A stretch of DNA of 64,000 bases from Opitutia bacterium (GCA_050506795.1 JBJHCF010000009.1:32001-96000); one strand, 5' to 3'. Counted from the first letter of the stretch, positions 18,689 to 27,752 are shown. Made by a program: numbers and translations. The notes: generated from the sequence alone by a model not told the origin.

Positions 18689-20044
18689 ATGAGTAGCGAA
18701 ACAGAAACCATCGTCGCGCCTTCCACCCCCTACGGGGAGTCGGCGATTGCAGTGATACGCGCCAGCGGTCCGCTGACGCCCGCTTTGCTCCACGGGATTT
18801 TCAGCCGTCTTCCGGAGCCGCGACGGGTCACCCGCGGGGTCTACCGAGACCTGCAGGGTCGCGCTGTAGACGACCTTGTCTACTGCTATTTCCAAAAACC
18901 GGCGTCGTACACCGGGGAAGACGTCATGGAACTCTATTCCCATGGAAACCCGCTGATCGTTCAGAGGATCACCGACGACCTCCTGGCGCGCGGCTGCCAA
19001 TCCGCCGGCCCCGGTGAGTTCACCCGCCGCGCCTTTCTCAACGGCCGCATGGACCTCAGCCAGGCGGAAGCGGTGATCGATCTCATCCAGGCCGGATCGG
19101 AACGCGCGCTCGAAGCTGCCAACCGTCAGTTGCGCGGCGAACTGGGCCGAAGGATCCAGTCCCTGACCGACACGCTCCTGCAAATCCTTGCGGAAATCGA
19201 AGCCTACATCGATTTTCCCGAAGAGGATTTGCCGGACGAAAACGCCGGCGGCCCCGTCACACGTATCCGTACCCTTCTTACGAGCGTTAAAGAGCTTGCG
19301 GCCACCGCGCGCTACGGAACCCTCCTGCGCGAAGGCGTCGGAACCATCATCCTTGGCGCTCCAAACGCCGGCAAAAGCAGCCTGCTCAACCGCCTGGTCA
19401 AACGCGACCGGGCCATCGTGAGCGATCAGCCCGGCACCACCCGGGACTTCCTGGAGGAACGTCTCCACCTGGCAGGTTACTGTATCCGCCTTTTGGATAC
19501 GGCAGGTCTGCGCGACGAAGGCGATCCCATTGAACGCCTGGGCATGCAGAAAACCCTGGAACAGGCCGACGAAGCCGACCTGTTCCTCCTGGTGCTCGAC
19601 GCCACCCTCCCCCACCCTCCCCTGCCCGAATCCCTTCGGGCGCGCCTGACTCCAGGTAACACCCTGGTGATCCACAATAAAGTTGACCTCCTGGGTAAAG
19701 GCCAACCTGCCCCTTTTCTCCCGGAGTGCCGCCAGGTGGCCCTCTCGGCGCTAACCGGTGACGGACTGGACTCCCTGGAAACGGCTCTCGAATCTCTGCT
19801 AAGAAAAGAAGCCGAATCCCCCGGCGCCGACCGGATCGCGGTCAGCGCCCGTCACGCCCAAGCATTGGAGCGCGTCCGCCTGGCATTGGAAACCGGACTG
19901 GCACACCTCCTCGACCACCAACCCCCCGAACTGGCCGCCAGCGAACTGCGCGCCGCCCTGGACGCCCTGGGTGAAATTGTCGGCCGCATCGATAACGAAG
20001 CCATGCTCGACAAACTCTTCGCCACGTTCTGCATCGGAAAATGA
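18689..20044 (+). CDS. mnmE: tRNA modification GTPase MnmE
   Basis: SYTGED, GEFTRRAFLNGRMDLSQAEA, GAPNAGKSS, GTTRD, DTAG, NKVD and the FCIGK terminus. Confidence 0.97.
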   Translation: MSSETETIVAPSTPYGESAIAVIRASGPLTPALLHGIFSRLPEPRRVTRGVYRDLQGRAVDDLVYCYFQKPASYTGEDVMELYSHGNPLIVQRITDDLLARGCQSAGPGEFTRRAFLNGRMDLSQAEAVIDLIQAGSERALEAANRQLRGELGRRIQSLTDTLLQILAEIEAYIDFPEEDLPDENAGGPVTRIRTLLTSVKELAATARYGTLLREGVGTIILGAPNAGKSSLLNRLVKRDRAIVSDQPGTTRDFLEERLHLAGYCIRLLDTAGLRDEGDPIERLGMQKTLEQADEADLFLLVLDATLPHPPLPESLRARLTPGNTLVIHNKVDLLGKGQPAPFLPECRQVALSALTGDGLDSLETALESLLRKEAESPGADRIAVSARHAQALERVRLALETGLAHLLDHQPPELAASELRAALDALGEIVGRIDNEAMLDKLFATFCIGK

Positions 20045-20112
20045 AAGCGCGAACGAACCGTAAGCCATTGTCCTCCAGGAGCCTGGCTTGCCGATCTCTT
20101 TAAAGGCAGGTA

Positions 20113-20254
20113 TCTCACACGGAGGCACGGAGCCACGGAGATTCCTTACAAACGGTGACACCCCTTCCTTGTTTATCGGCCCAGTTTCGTACACCTCTAT
20201 CATTCATCCCCTTTCATAAACGCCTCCCCCTTTGTGTCTTCGTGCCTTGTGAGA
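20113..20254. repeat. Degenerate inverted 9-nt-period (CACGGAG) element
   Basis: TCTCACACGGAGGCACGGAGCCACGGAG at 20113-20140, with a degenerate inverted arm CTTTGTGTCTTCGTGCCTTGTGAGA at about 20230-20254. The left arm is nearly identical to 22839-22864. Confidence 0.55.
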
Positions 20255-20428
20255 AAATCTCCTGTCACTTCCCTGAAACGGTTGTTTTCATATCCGGACC
20301 GTTTTGGAGTCTATGGGCGAAGCCCGACCGACTCCCGCTGCCTTACCTCTGCAAGTTTTCTCGCAAACGGGCTGAGAGCGGCTTAGGTTTGCGTCTTTTC
20401 AGCCTTTGAGTACCTGTTTCCTTTCAGA

Positions 20429-22297
20429 ATGCACGACTTTACCAGTAAACGTTACGATGTGATCGTCTGCGGCGCCGGCCATGCCGGCACCGAAGCCGCG
20501 CTGGCTGCGGCGCGTATGGGCGCGCAAACCCTGCTGTTGAGCGGAAATATCGACACTATCGGCCAAATGAGCTGCAATCCGGCTATCGGCGGACAGGCCA
20601 AAGGACACATGGTGCGGGAAATCGACGCACTGGGCGGAGAAATGGGCGTGAATGCCGACGTCACCGGCATCCAATACCGTAAGCTCAACGCCTCCAAAGG
20701 GCCGGCTGTGCAGGCGCCGCGCACCCAATGCGACAAAAAAGCCTACCAGTTCCGCCTGAAACATACGATAGAGCTCCAGGAGAACCTCACGCTGTTCCAA
20801 GCAACCGTGAACAGCCTGATCTTCGAAGGAGACCGTGTGGTCGGGTGCCGCACCAATCTTGACGTTGATTTTTACGGCCAAACCGTAGTGGTCACCACCG
20901 GAACATTCCTTCGGGGTCTCATGCACGTTGGAAAAAACAAGAATGAAGGCGGCAGAATGGGGGACTATAGCGCAAAAACGCTCTCCGCCAGCTTTCTGGA
21001 AGCCGGAATCGAGCTGGAACGGCTAAAAACGGGCACGCCGCCTAGACTGCTGGGACGCAGTATCGACTTTTCGGTCATGGCGGAACAGAAGGGGGATGAG
21101 GAGCCGAGTCTCTTCGGATTCTACGACACCCGCAACGGGGAAGATTTGTTCCACGTGGAACAATCCGAAGAACGCCGGCTGGGGTGGACTCCGGGCGAGA
21201 AGCAGGTTTCCTGCTTTATCACCTACACCACGGAGGAAACCGAGAGAATCGTTCGCGAAAACCTCCACCTGTCCCCAATGTACAGCGGACAGATCGAAGG
21301 CACCGGCCCTAGATATTGTCCGAGCATTGAAGACAAGTTCGTTCGGTTCCCTGACAAACCCAATCACCGTTTTTTCCTGGAGCCGGAAGGGCGCAATACG
21401 AATGAGTATTACATCAATGGCTGTTCCACCAGCCTGCCGTTGGATGTGCAGATCGCGATGATCCACAGTGTGCCCGGTCTGGAGAAAGCCGTTATTCTCC
21501 GCCCGGCCTATGCCGTGGAGTACGATTTCGCCCCGCCTACGCAGTTAAAGCCGTCCCTGGAGTCTAAAAAGGTGGAAAACCTCTTTTTTGCGGGACAAAT
21601 CAACGGAACCTCCGGATACGAGGAGGCCGCGGCGCAGGGTCTGGTGGCCGGGTTAAACGCGGTGCGCAAGGGCAGGGGAGAGGAGCCCATGGTTCTCGGA
21701 CGGCACGAGGGCTATATCGGCGTGTTGATCGACGATCTGGTCACCAAGGGAACCTCCGAACCCTACCGGATGTTCACTAGCCGGGCGGAGTACCGCCTAC
21801 TTTTCAATCACGGCAGCGCGGAGCTGCGGCTTCGTCACCACGCCCGGCAGCACGGCCTTTTATCCCCAGCTCGCCTGGATCGAATCGAAGCCAAGGCCAA
21901 AGCGATTGAGACCTGGATCCAGCGATTGGAGTCGGAAAGGGCAGGGGAAGGGACCTTTGCCGAACGCGCGCGCCGCCGGGAATCAAACATTCCCTTCCCG
22001 GCGGATTTTCAATCGCTTCCCGCCGCGGTTCAGGAAGAGGTGCTCTACCGGGTCGTATATCGTGGGTACCTCGAACGCGAATTGAAGCAGATTGAAAAGC
22101 TTTCCCAGGTAGAAAACGTGCGCCTCCCGGAAACCATTAACTTTCTCACTATTAATGGCTTACGAAATGAAAGCGCCCACAAACTCGACGCCATTCGTCC
22201 CCGAACCCTCGGCCAGGCCAGCCGCATCAGCGGCGTCAATCCCGCCGACATCAACATCCTGATGGTTTATCTCGCGGGCAAACGGAAGAAGAGCTGA
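20429..22297 (+). CDS. mnmG: tRNA uridine-5-carboxymethylaminomethyl modification enzyme MnmG (GidA)
   Basis: [52 protein letters not shown] and [14 protein letters not shown]. Confidence 0.98.
   Translation: MHDFTSKRYDVIVCGAGHAGTEAALAAARMGAQTLLLSGNIDTIGQMSCNPAIGGQAKGHMVREIDALGGEMGVNADVTGIQYRKLNASKGPAVQAPRTQCDKKAYQFRLKHTIELQENLTLFQATVNSLIFEGDRVVGCRTNLDVDFYGQTVVVTTGTFLRGLMHVGKNKNEGGRMGDYSAKTLSASFLEAGIELERLKTGTPPRLLGRSIDFSVMAEQKGDEEPSLFGFYDTRNGEDLFHVEQSEERRLGWTPGEKQVSCFITYTTEETERIVRENLHLSPMYSGQIEGTGPRYCPSIEDKFVRFPDKPNHRFFLEPEGRNTNEYYINGCSTSLPLDVQIAMIHSVPGLEKAVILRPAYAVEYDFAPPTQLKPSLESKKVENLFFAGQINGTSGYEEAAAQGLVAGLNAVRKGRGEEPMVLGRHEGYIGVLIDDLVTKGTSEPYRMFTSRAEYRLLFNHGSAELRLRHHARQHGLLSPARLDRIEAKAKAIETWIQRLESERAGEGTFAERARRRESNIPFPADFQSLPAAVQEEVLYRVVYRGYLERELKQIEKLSQVENVRLPETINFLTINGLRNESAHKLDAIRPRTLGQASRISGVNPADINILMVYLAGKRKKS
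21147..21162. promoter_or_regulatory. parS: parS centromere-like site (ParB binding) inside mnmG
   Basis: Perfect 16-bp palindrome TGTTCCACGTGGAACA, matching the bacterial parS consensus TGTTNCACGTGAAACA. Confidence 0.75.
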
Positions 22298-22390
22298 ATT
22301 CGTGTTCTCGGACCGTTGAATTCACGCCAGCGCGGCGCAGCTGCAACCAGGCTTCCCTGACCACAGCTCATGATCGACTGCGGAAATCGG

Positions 22391-22568
22391 TCTGCACCGC
22401 AGAGACGGGAAGGGCGCAGAGGATCGGAATCGAGACCGATGAATTGCCAGTATCGGCTGTTTCAACCTCAATGGCAGCTCAAGCGGTCGATCTCACTCAT
22501 GCTCTGAATGGAGATTTGATCGAGTCCACAGTCTTACCTCTGCGCTCTTCCATTCTCTGCGGTGCAGA
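22391..22568. repeat. 178-bp element with 32-bp inverted arms (CGCAGAG 9-nt-period family; MITE/REP-like)
   Basis: TCTGCACCGCAGAGACGGGAAGGGCGCAGAGG (22391-22422) matches the reverse complement of 22537-22568 at 29/32 positions. Confidence 0.7.
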
Positions 22569-22838
22569 TACTATTCCTTTCAGCAGTAACTTGATCGTAA
22601 CAGTTGCCTCGTTCCCGTATCGGCAAAAATAAGCGTCATACTAGGCCGAAAATTTTGCTCAAAAAACAGAAATTTGCGGTTTGTAGTACAGATGCCAAAG
22701 TGGATCGACCGGGAGCGATTCTTCGAATGCGCGGAATGTACCGCAGAACCCGGAGTCTGTCCGGCTTGGCAGACGGACAGTTGATCGTTCTATTTTGGTG
22801 TGAGGTTAACGAATCATCCAAGTTAGCGGAATTTGGTC

Positions 22839-22932
22839 TCACACGGAGGCACAGAGACACGGAGAGTTTGACCGGACCCGCCTCCGTGAGCTCTCTCCGG
22901 CCTGAGCTCGTCGAGGGCGTGCCTCCGTGTGA
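22839..22932. repeat. CACGGAG-family palindrome with a second REP-like motif nested in its right arm
   Basis: Left arm TCACACGGAGGCACAGAGACACGGAG. The right arm CTCCGTGAGCTC...GTGCCTCCGTGTGA is interrupted by TCTCCGGCCTGAGCTCGTCGAGGGC. Confidence 0.6.
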
Positions 22933-22964
22933 TCATTTCCTCTCCCGGTCTTGTTATGGGTTCG

Positions 22965-23375
22965 TTACCTCCAGTCTTCCAGTCTCAGTCCTGGGAAGTC
23001 CTGGAAGTGCCGGACATTCAAAGTGGCGAGAACTAGCCCGTGGTGAAGGGCCGTGGCGGCGATCAGCAGGTCGAAATCCGCCCGGGGGAGTCCCGCGGCT
23101 TCCTGTTCGGCTTTAAGCCGGGCAAAGACGGCGGCAACCCCTTTGTCCACGGCCAGTACCGTGAGACGATCCTCCAGATAGTCGCGGTACTCCCGCCAGA
23201 GACGGTCTGATTGTTTTTTCTCCAGACCGTAAAGCAGTTCGGCTTCCGCTATGGCGGGGATTGCCAGAGCCGAATCGCCCAGTTCCCGCCAACGCCGAAT
23301 CACCACTGGCAGCGGGTGAGGGCGCAGCCGCTGGGAGTAGACGCTGGTATCAAGCAGGTGAGTGATGGTTGCCAT
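22965..23375 (-). CDS. vapC: VapC-family PIN-domain toxin
   Basis: LLDTSV, AELLYG, DFDLLIAATA and LATLNVRHF PIN motifs. Confidence 0.9.
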   Translation of the reverse strand: MATITHLLDTSVYSQRLRPHPLPVVIRRWRELGDSALAIPAIAEAELLYGLEKKQSDRLWREYRDYLEDRLTVLAVDKGVAAVFARLKAEQEAAGLPRADFDLLIAATALHHGLVLATLNVRHFQDFPGLRLEDWR

Positions 23376-23624
23376 TTAGAACGGGGTGGGGCGGTTGCGG
23401 GCGGGATTCCTGGCCGGCAGCTCCAGCTCTTCCGTAATCGGCCCGTAACGGGCCTGGGCCTCCTCCACCGTATCCCAGACCGACCCGGAGGACTCGTCCA
23501 CCGGCACTATTCTCACCAGGGGCTTTCCCCTCCGCGTAACCGTGCACGGCTCACCGCTCCGGGCCACCTGGTCGCAAATCTCGGACAGACGATTCTTGGC
23601 ATCAAACAGACCAAAGGACTTCAC
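23376..23624 (-). CDS. Phd/YefM-family antitoxin
   Basis: GTG start at 23624 gives KSFGLFDAKNRLSEICDQVARSGEPCTVTRRGKPLVRIVP. The gene abuts vapC. Confidence 0.88.
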   Translation of the reverse strand: MKSFGLFDAKNRLSEICDQVARSGEPCTVTRRGKPLVRIVPVDESSGSVWDTVEEAQARYGPITEELELPARNPARNRPTPF

Positions 23625-23659
23625 AAAAGACAATCTAGCTGTCTGGCTGTTTTTGTCAA
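23624..23659 (-). promoter_or_regulatory. Sigma70-type promoter with overlapping operator; leaderless start for TA operon 1
   Basis: Minus strand reads TTGACA-N16-TAGATT-N7-GTG. The inverted repeat AGACA-GCTAGAT-TGTCT covers the -10. Confidence 0.65.
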
Positions 23660-23761
23660 TCCTGAGTGTGGACGATTCGTTATCGGAAGCAGGGTAGCGA
23701 ATGGCACGGTTAGGGCGGTGGATCGAAGGCGCATAGCTAAATCGCATCGGCCGTTCCCCTG

Positions 23762-25637
23762 ATAGGGGTAGGGACGACGCATTGGTTTGCGTCGCCCCTC
23801 CCTCCGAACCGGACTGGCGGATCTCTCGCATCCGGCTCTCCAGTCAGCGCATTTTGCTCCGTTATGGAGACTGGAACTCCTTCACACGGGCTTCTTCCAG
23901 GCAGAAGAGCCCGAGCTCTGCAAAGTAGCGGTTGGGCCAACGTTGATGATCCACGCCTCGGGCTCTCCCACGAAGCTTCTTTCGCTTGCGCAGGATCGCT
24001 CGCAGACGTCCTCGCACCCAGCCATCCATCTCTCCAAGGGCTGCCGGTTCGGCTTGTTTGAAGTAGCCATACCAGCCTTTCAGGCTCGGATTGATTTTCT
24101 GAATGATTGCGTTCATGCACTCTCCGTTGGTCCGTTTGGTCAGGGGCTTGAGACGGGCTTTGAGCCTCTGGCGGCTTTTCGGCCGGATGTAGCGCGCGAT
24201 GCGGCCGCGTTTGTTTCGCCAAAACCGGTAGCCGAGGAAGTCGAAGTGACTCCCCGATTCGGTCAGCGCCACAACCCGCGTCTTTTGCGGGTGCAACTGC
24301 AATCCCGCCTCTCTCATCCAGCTTTCAACTTCAGCCAGCGCTCGTTGCGCCGTCTCCGCGTCGCGGCACAGGACGACCATGTCGTCGGCATACCGCACCA
24401 TTTCGTAGCCCTTTTCCTTCAGCAGATGATCCAGAGGATTGAGGTAAATGTTCGCCAAGAGCGGGCTGATGATTCCGCCTTGCGGCGTGCCTTCCTCCCT
24501 TTCGGCCTCCACTTCCATTCCCTCCATCACGCCTGCTTTCAGGAATCCTTCGATCATTCCCAGCACACGCCTGTCGGCGATGCGTCCCCCGACCAGCTTC
24601 ATCAGCCGGTCGTGGGGAATGGCGTCGAAGTAACCTTTGATGCCGATGTCCACGACGTGCGAATAGCCGCTTTTGAGCAGCGTGTCCACCTGCCGCAGAG
24701 CATCTTTGCATCCGCGTCCGGGACGGAATCCGTAACTAGCGGGAGAAAACTCGCTCTCGAAGATCGGTTCGATGACCATCCTCAAGGCGGTTTGCACCAC
24801 CCGGTCGCGCACCGTCGGGATTCCCAACGGACGTTTCTCCGGGCTGCCCGGTTTTGGAATCCAAACCCGTTTGATCGACTGGGGTTGGTAGGCGTTTCGT
24901 TCGATTTGCTCTTTCACGGCGAGCAACCGAGTTTGGCTGTCTTTTGCGAAACGTTTTACCGTAATGCCGTCCACGCCACAAGCCCCTGCGTTGGAATGCA
25001 CCTTTGCCCAAGCCAATTCAAGGGTCGTCGCCTTTGAGACTTTGTCGATAAGGCTGAACCACTTGTTTCCTTTGACCCCCTTGTCGAGGGCTTCCAGCAT
25101 CTTCTCGCTCCATATCCGGCGTTCGGCCTTATGGCGTTCCCACAAGTCCTCTTCTCCTTGTTTATCCGTTTCCGAAACTGACGGAGATTTTCCTTCGCTT
25201 TCCATGGTCATGGAAGATTCGCCTTCCTGCCGTCCTTGGCTCCACCGGCGTTACCCGGCTTCATCACTACTATGACGGCTCTGACTTCTGACGGCGTTCG
25301 CTTCCCGAACTCCTGATTCCGCCAGATCTCCATACGTCCACATGATACCTTCCCCGCGTTCTCACACCAACCACCCGCCGACGCCCATGACTGCATCCTT
25401 GGCGTCGGTCCTGACGCGTCATGGTCGCTCCTTCCGGAGCAGGCTTCGCCAATCCCTCGCAGGCTCGCCGCTTCAGTAGGCCAAATCGTGTTCACTCTCG
25501 TTTGGGACCGCAGGTCCGCTTCCGGCTGCTCCCCACCCCGCCTCACGGCGACGCAGTTGCCTTCAGCTGATCTTCCCCTTGACGCTTCGGAAGATTTTGG
25601 ACTTTCACCATTCGATTTCATGTATGTGTATTCGCAC
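23762..25637 (-). mobile_element. Group II intron (complete, 1876 nt)
   Basis: 5' end GTGCG at 25637 on the minus strand. Domain V GAGCCGGATGCGAGAGATCCGCCAGTCCGGTTC (23806-23838, AGC triad). Domain VI hairpin with a bulged A, ending CCCCTAT at 23762. Encodes an RT/maturase. Removing it restores the flanking palindrome. Confidence 0.92.
23862..25211 (-). CDS. ltrA: Group II intron reverse transcriptase/maturase (no endonuclease domain)
   Basis: GACGVDG (RT0), RPLGIPTVRDRVVQ, SYGFRPGR, GTPQGGIISPLLANIYL, RYADD, FDFLGY and the X domain GWYGYF. The protein ends without an HNH domain. Motif A reads VVDIGIKGYFD. Confidence 0.95.
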   Translation of the reverse strand: MTMESEGKSPSVSETDKQGEEDLWERHKAERRIWSEKMLEALDKGVKGNKWFSLIDKVSKATTLELAWAKVHSNAGACGVDGITVKRFAKDSQTRLLAVKEQIERNAYQPQSIKRVWIPKPGSPEKRPLGIPTVRDRVVQTALRMVIEPIFESEFSPASYGFRPGRGCKDALRQVDTLLKSGYSHVVDIGIKGYFDAIPHDRLMKLVGGRIADRRVLGMIEGFLKAGVMEGMEVEAEREEGTPQGGIISPLLANIYLNPLDHLLKEKGYEMVRYADDMVVLCRDAETAQRALAEVESWMREAGLQLHPQKTRVVALTESGSHFDFLGYRFWRNKRGRIARYIRPKSRQRLKARLKPLTKRTNGECMNAIIQKINPSLKGWYGYFKQAEPAALGEMDGWVRGRLRAILRKRKKLRGRARGVDHQRWPNRYFAELGLFCLEEARVKEFQSP

Positions 25638-25864
25638 GAGGGCGGCGCTCCCGCGCCGCCGGTGCGGGCAGGATGCCCGCGCTCCCAACCCGGCGGCGCG
25701 GGAGCATGGCCCTCCAGGCGAATTGCCGATGCGATATTTGCGAGCATTGATCGGCATGTCTTACCGAAGATTCTCAAATCCAAAATCTGCGATCTGAAAA
25801 GCGTTTTCAATCCGAAGGCAGGTTTCCTCTGGATTCCGGCGGTGTTGTGTGATACTGCAGGACA

Positions 25865-27445
25865 ATGCGTTATATCCTGGGCCTCGACCTCTCCACTCAA
25901 AGTTTCTCTTCGGTGCTTATCGATCCCGACGACAACCGGGTTGTCGATACGGAATCGGTGAATTTCGGCAAGGACCTCGCCCACTACCGCTCGCCGAACG
26001 GTTTTCTGCCGGAGACGGAGGACGGTCAGGTCCACTCCGATCCGCGCATGTGGCTGGAAGCGCTCGATCTGTTGCTGAACCGGATCCAGGCGAAAGGGAT
26101 CGATTTGAGCCGGGTGGCCGCGGTTTCCGGCGCCGGGCAACAGCATGGCAGCGTCTATCTCGACGCCGGCTGGTTCGACCGTCTGGCCGCCTTGAAGGCC
26201 GACGAACCATTGGTGGATCAAATCGCTCCCGCGTTTTCCCGCGCGACGTCTCCGATCTGGATGGACAGCTCGACCGGCGCGGAGTGCGCGGAAATCGCCG
26301 CAAGTCTCGGCGGCGCGGCGGAAGTCTGCGCCCGAAGCGGGTCGGTGGCGATCGAGCGGTTCACCGGGCCCCAGATCCGGGCGTTCTGGAAGCGCGATCC
26401 CGACGGCTACCGGCGCACCGCCCGTATTCATTTGGTCAGTTCGTTTATCGCGAGCCTTCTCGCCGGCCGCGATGCGCCCATCGACCACGGCGATGGAGCG
26501 GGCATGAACCTGGCGAATATTCATACTTGGAGCTGGGACGACGACCTGGCGAAGGCGACCGCGCCGGACCTCATTGAAAAACTGCCACCGCTGAAACCTT
26601 CGGCGACCGTGGTCGGAACGGTCGCGCCGTATTTCCAGAAAAAATACGGCTTCTCTCCGGAGGCGCAGGTCGTGGCGTTCACCGGGGACAATCCCAGCAG
26701 CCTGATCGGCATGGGCGCCGGCACACCCGGCCGGGTGGTCATCAGTCTCGGCACCAGCGACACCCTGTTCGCCGCGATGGAGGAATGCCACACCGATCCG
26801 CAGGGGTTCGGTCATGTCTTCGGCAATCCAACCGGCGGCTACATGAGTCTGCTCTGCTTCCGCAACGGTTCGCTGGCGCGAGAGAAGGTGCGCGACCGCC
26901 TGGGCGCGAGCTGGGACGATTTCGATGTCGACGGTTTGAGCACCACGCCGCCCGGAAACAACAACAACCTGATGATTCCCTTTTACGGCGCGGAGGTCAC
27001 CCCGCGCGGCTCCCTGCCTGAGCCGGCGCTTTCGGGCACCGATGCCTTCGTCCGCTACGAAGACAAACCGGCCGTCGTGCGCGCTTGCCTGGAGGGACAG
27101 TTCCTCAACATGTGGCTGCACACTCGCTGGCTGGCGCAGGAGACCTCGTCGATTTCACTGACCGGCGGCGCGTCGCAAAACAACGGCATCGCCCGAATGG
27201 TGGCCGACATCTTCGGCGCCGAGGTCAACCGCCTGGCGGTGTCGGGCTCGGTGGCGCTCGGTGGCGCGCTGCGCGCGGGGCAAACGGCGCTCGGACTCGA
27301 CGGAGCCGCGCTGGAGCAGGCCTTCTGCCGGCCGGATCCGGGCTCGACCGTACGACCCGATGCGAAGGCCACGGAGGTCTATCGCCAACAGGCGGAGCGT
27401 TTTCGCGAACTACTCGAAAAATCACTGCGCCCGCCGGAGGCTTGA
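25865..27445 (+). CDS. FGGY-family sugar kinase, eukaryote-type xylulokinase-like
   Basis: GLDLSTQ, SGAGQQHGSVY, SPIWMDSST, ERFTGPQI, LVSSF, FTGDNP, SLGTSDT, LCFRNGSLARE and TGGASQN. Confidence 0.85.
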   Translation: MRYILGLDLSTQSFSSVLIDPDDNRVVDTESVNFGKDLAHYRSPNGFLPETEDGQVHSDPRMWLEALDLLLNRIQAKGIDLSRVAAVSGAGQQHGSVYLDAGWFDRLAALKADEPLVDQIAPAFSRATSPIWMDSSTGAECAEIAASLGGAAEVCARSGSVAIERFTGPQIRAFWKRDPDGYRRTARIHLVSSFIASLLAGRDAPIDHGDGAGMNLANIHTWSWDDDLAKATAPDLIEKLPPLKPSATVVGTVAPYFQKKYGFSPEAQVVAFTGDNPSSLIGMGAGTPGRVVISLGTSDTLFAAMEECHTDPQGFGHVFGNPTGGYMSLLCFRNGSLAREKVRDRLGASWDDFDVDGLSTTPPGNNNNLMIPFYGAEVTPRGSLPEPALSGTDAFVRYEDKPAVVRACLEGQFLNMWLHTRWLAQETSSISLTGGASQNNGIARMVADIFGAEVNRLAVSGSVALGGALRAGQTALGLDGAALEQAFCRPDPGSTVRPDAKATEVYRQQAERFRELLEKSLRPPEA

Positions 27446-27478
27446 CAAAACATTAAACCAGACCAGACTTGGTCTGGT
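27442..27478 (+). promoter_or_regulatory. Sigma70-type promoter with operator palindrome; leaderless start for TA operon 2
   Basis: TTGACA (27442)-N16-CAGACT-N7-GTG (27477). Perfect inverted repeat ACCAGACCA-GACT-TGGTCTGGT at 27457-27478. Confidence 0.65.
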
Positions 27479-27752
27479 GAAGGTCGTTAATATCCAGAAC
27501 GCCAAAACCCACCTCTCCCGGTTGCTGGAGGACGTGGTTGCGGGAGAGGAGGTCGTGATTGCCAAAGCGGGCAAACCCATGGCTCGGCTTACGGCGTACG
27601 AAGAGACCCGCAAACCGCGGACCCTTGGGCTCTTGCGGGGAACGGTCACCGAAGCCCCCGACTGCTGGGAAGCGGATCCGGAAATCGAAGCGTGGTTTTA
27701 CGGCGCCGACGACCAATCGTCGCAGGATCGCGTCGCGGAAGACCGGAAATGA
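27477..27752 (+). CDS. Phd/YefM-family antitoxin
   Basis: GTG start gives KVVNIQNAKTHLSRLLEDVVAGEEVVIAKAGKPMARL. ATGA overlap with the toxin. Confidence 0.9.
   Translation: MKVVNIQNAKTHLSRLLEDVVAGEEVVIAKAGKPMARLTAYEETRKPRTLGLLRGTVTEAPDCWEADPEIEAWFYGADDQSSQDRVAEDRK

Larger units (their letters stand above)
23741..25735. repeat. REPIN-like palindrome (46-bp arms) split by the group II intron
   Basis: Joining 23741-23761 to 25638-25735 gives arms that pair at 40/46 positions around a loop holding the GCGGGCA-GGA-TGCCCGC hairpin. Confidence 0.8.

Noticed and set aside
22692..22784. 30-codon Cys-containing ORF (MPKWIDRERFFECAEC...)
   Set aside because: Too short, with no clear RBS or recognisable family, and it lies among repeat elements.
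23862..25211. RT as part of a retron, DGR or defence system with the neighbouring TA genes
   Set aside because: RT0, the X domain, GTGCG and domains V-VI identify a normal group II intron. No template/variable repeat pair or msr-msd structure was found.
25208..27121. 637-aa minus-strand ORF, and other long antisense ORFs such as 23787-25037, 50206-51678 and 52514-53758
   Set aside because: These are shadow frames opposite well-supported genes, expected in GC-rich DNA, and carry no family motifs.
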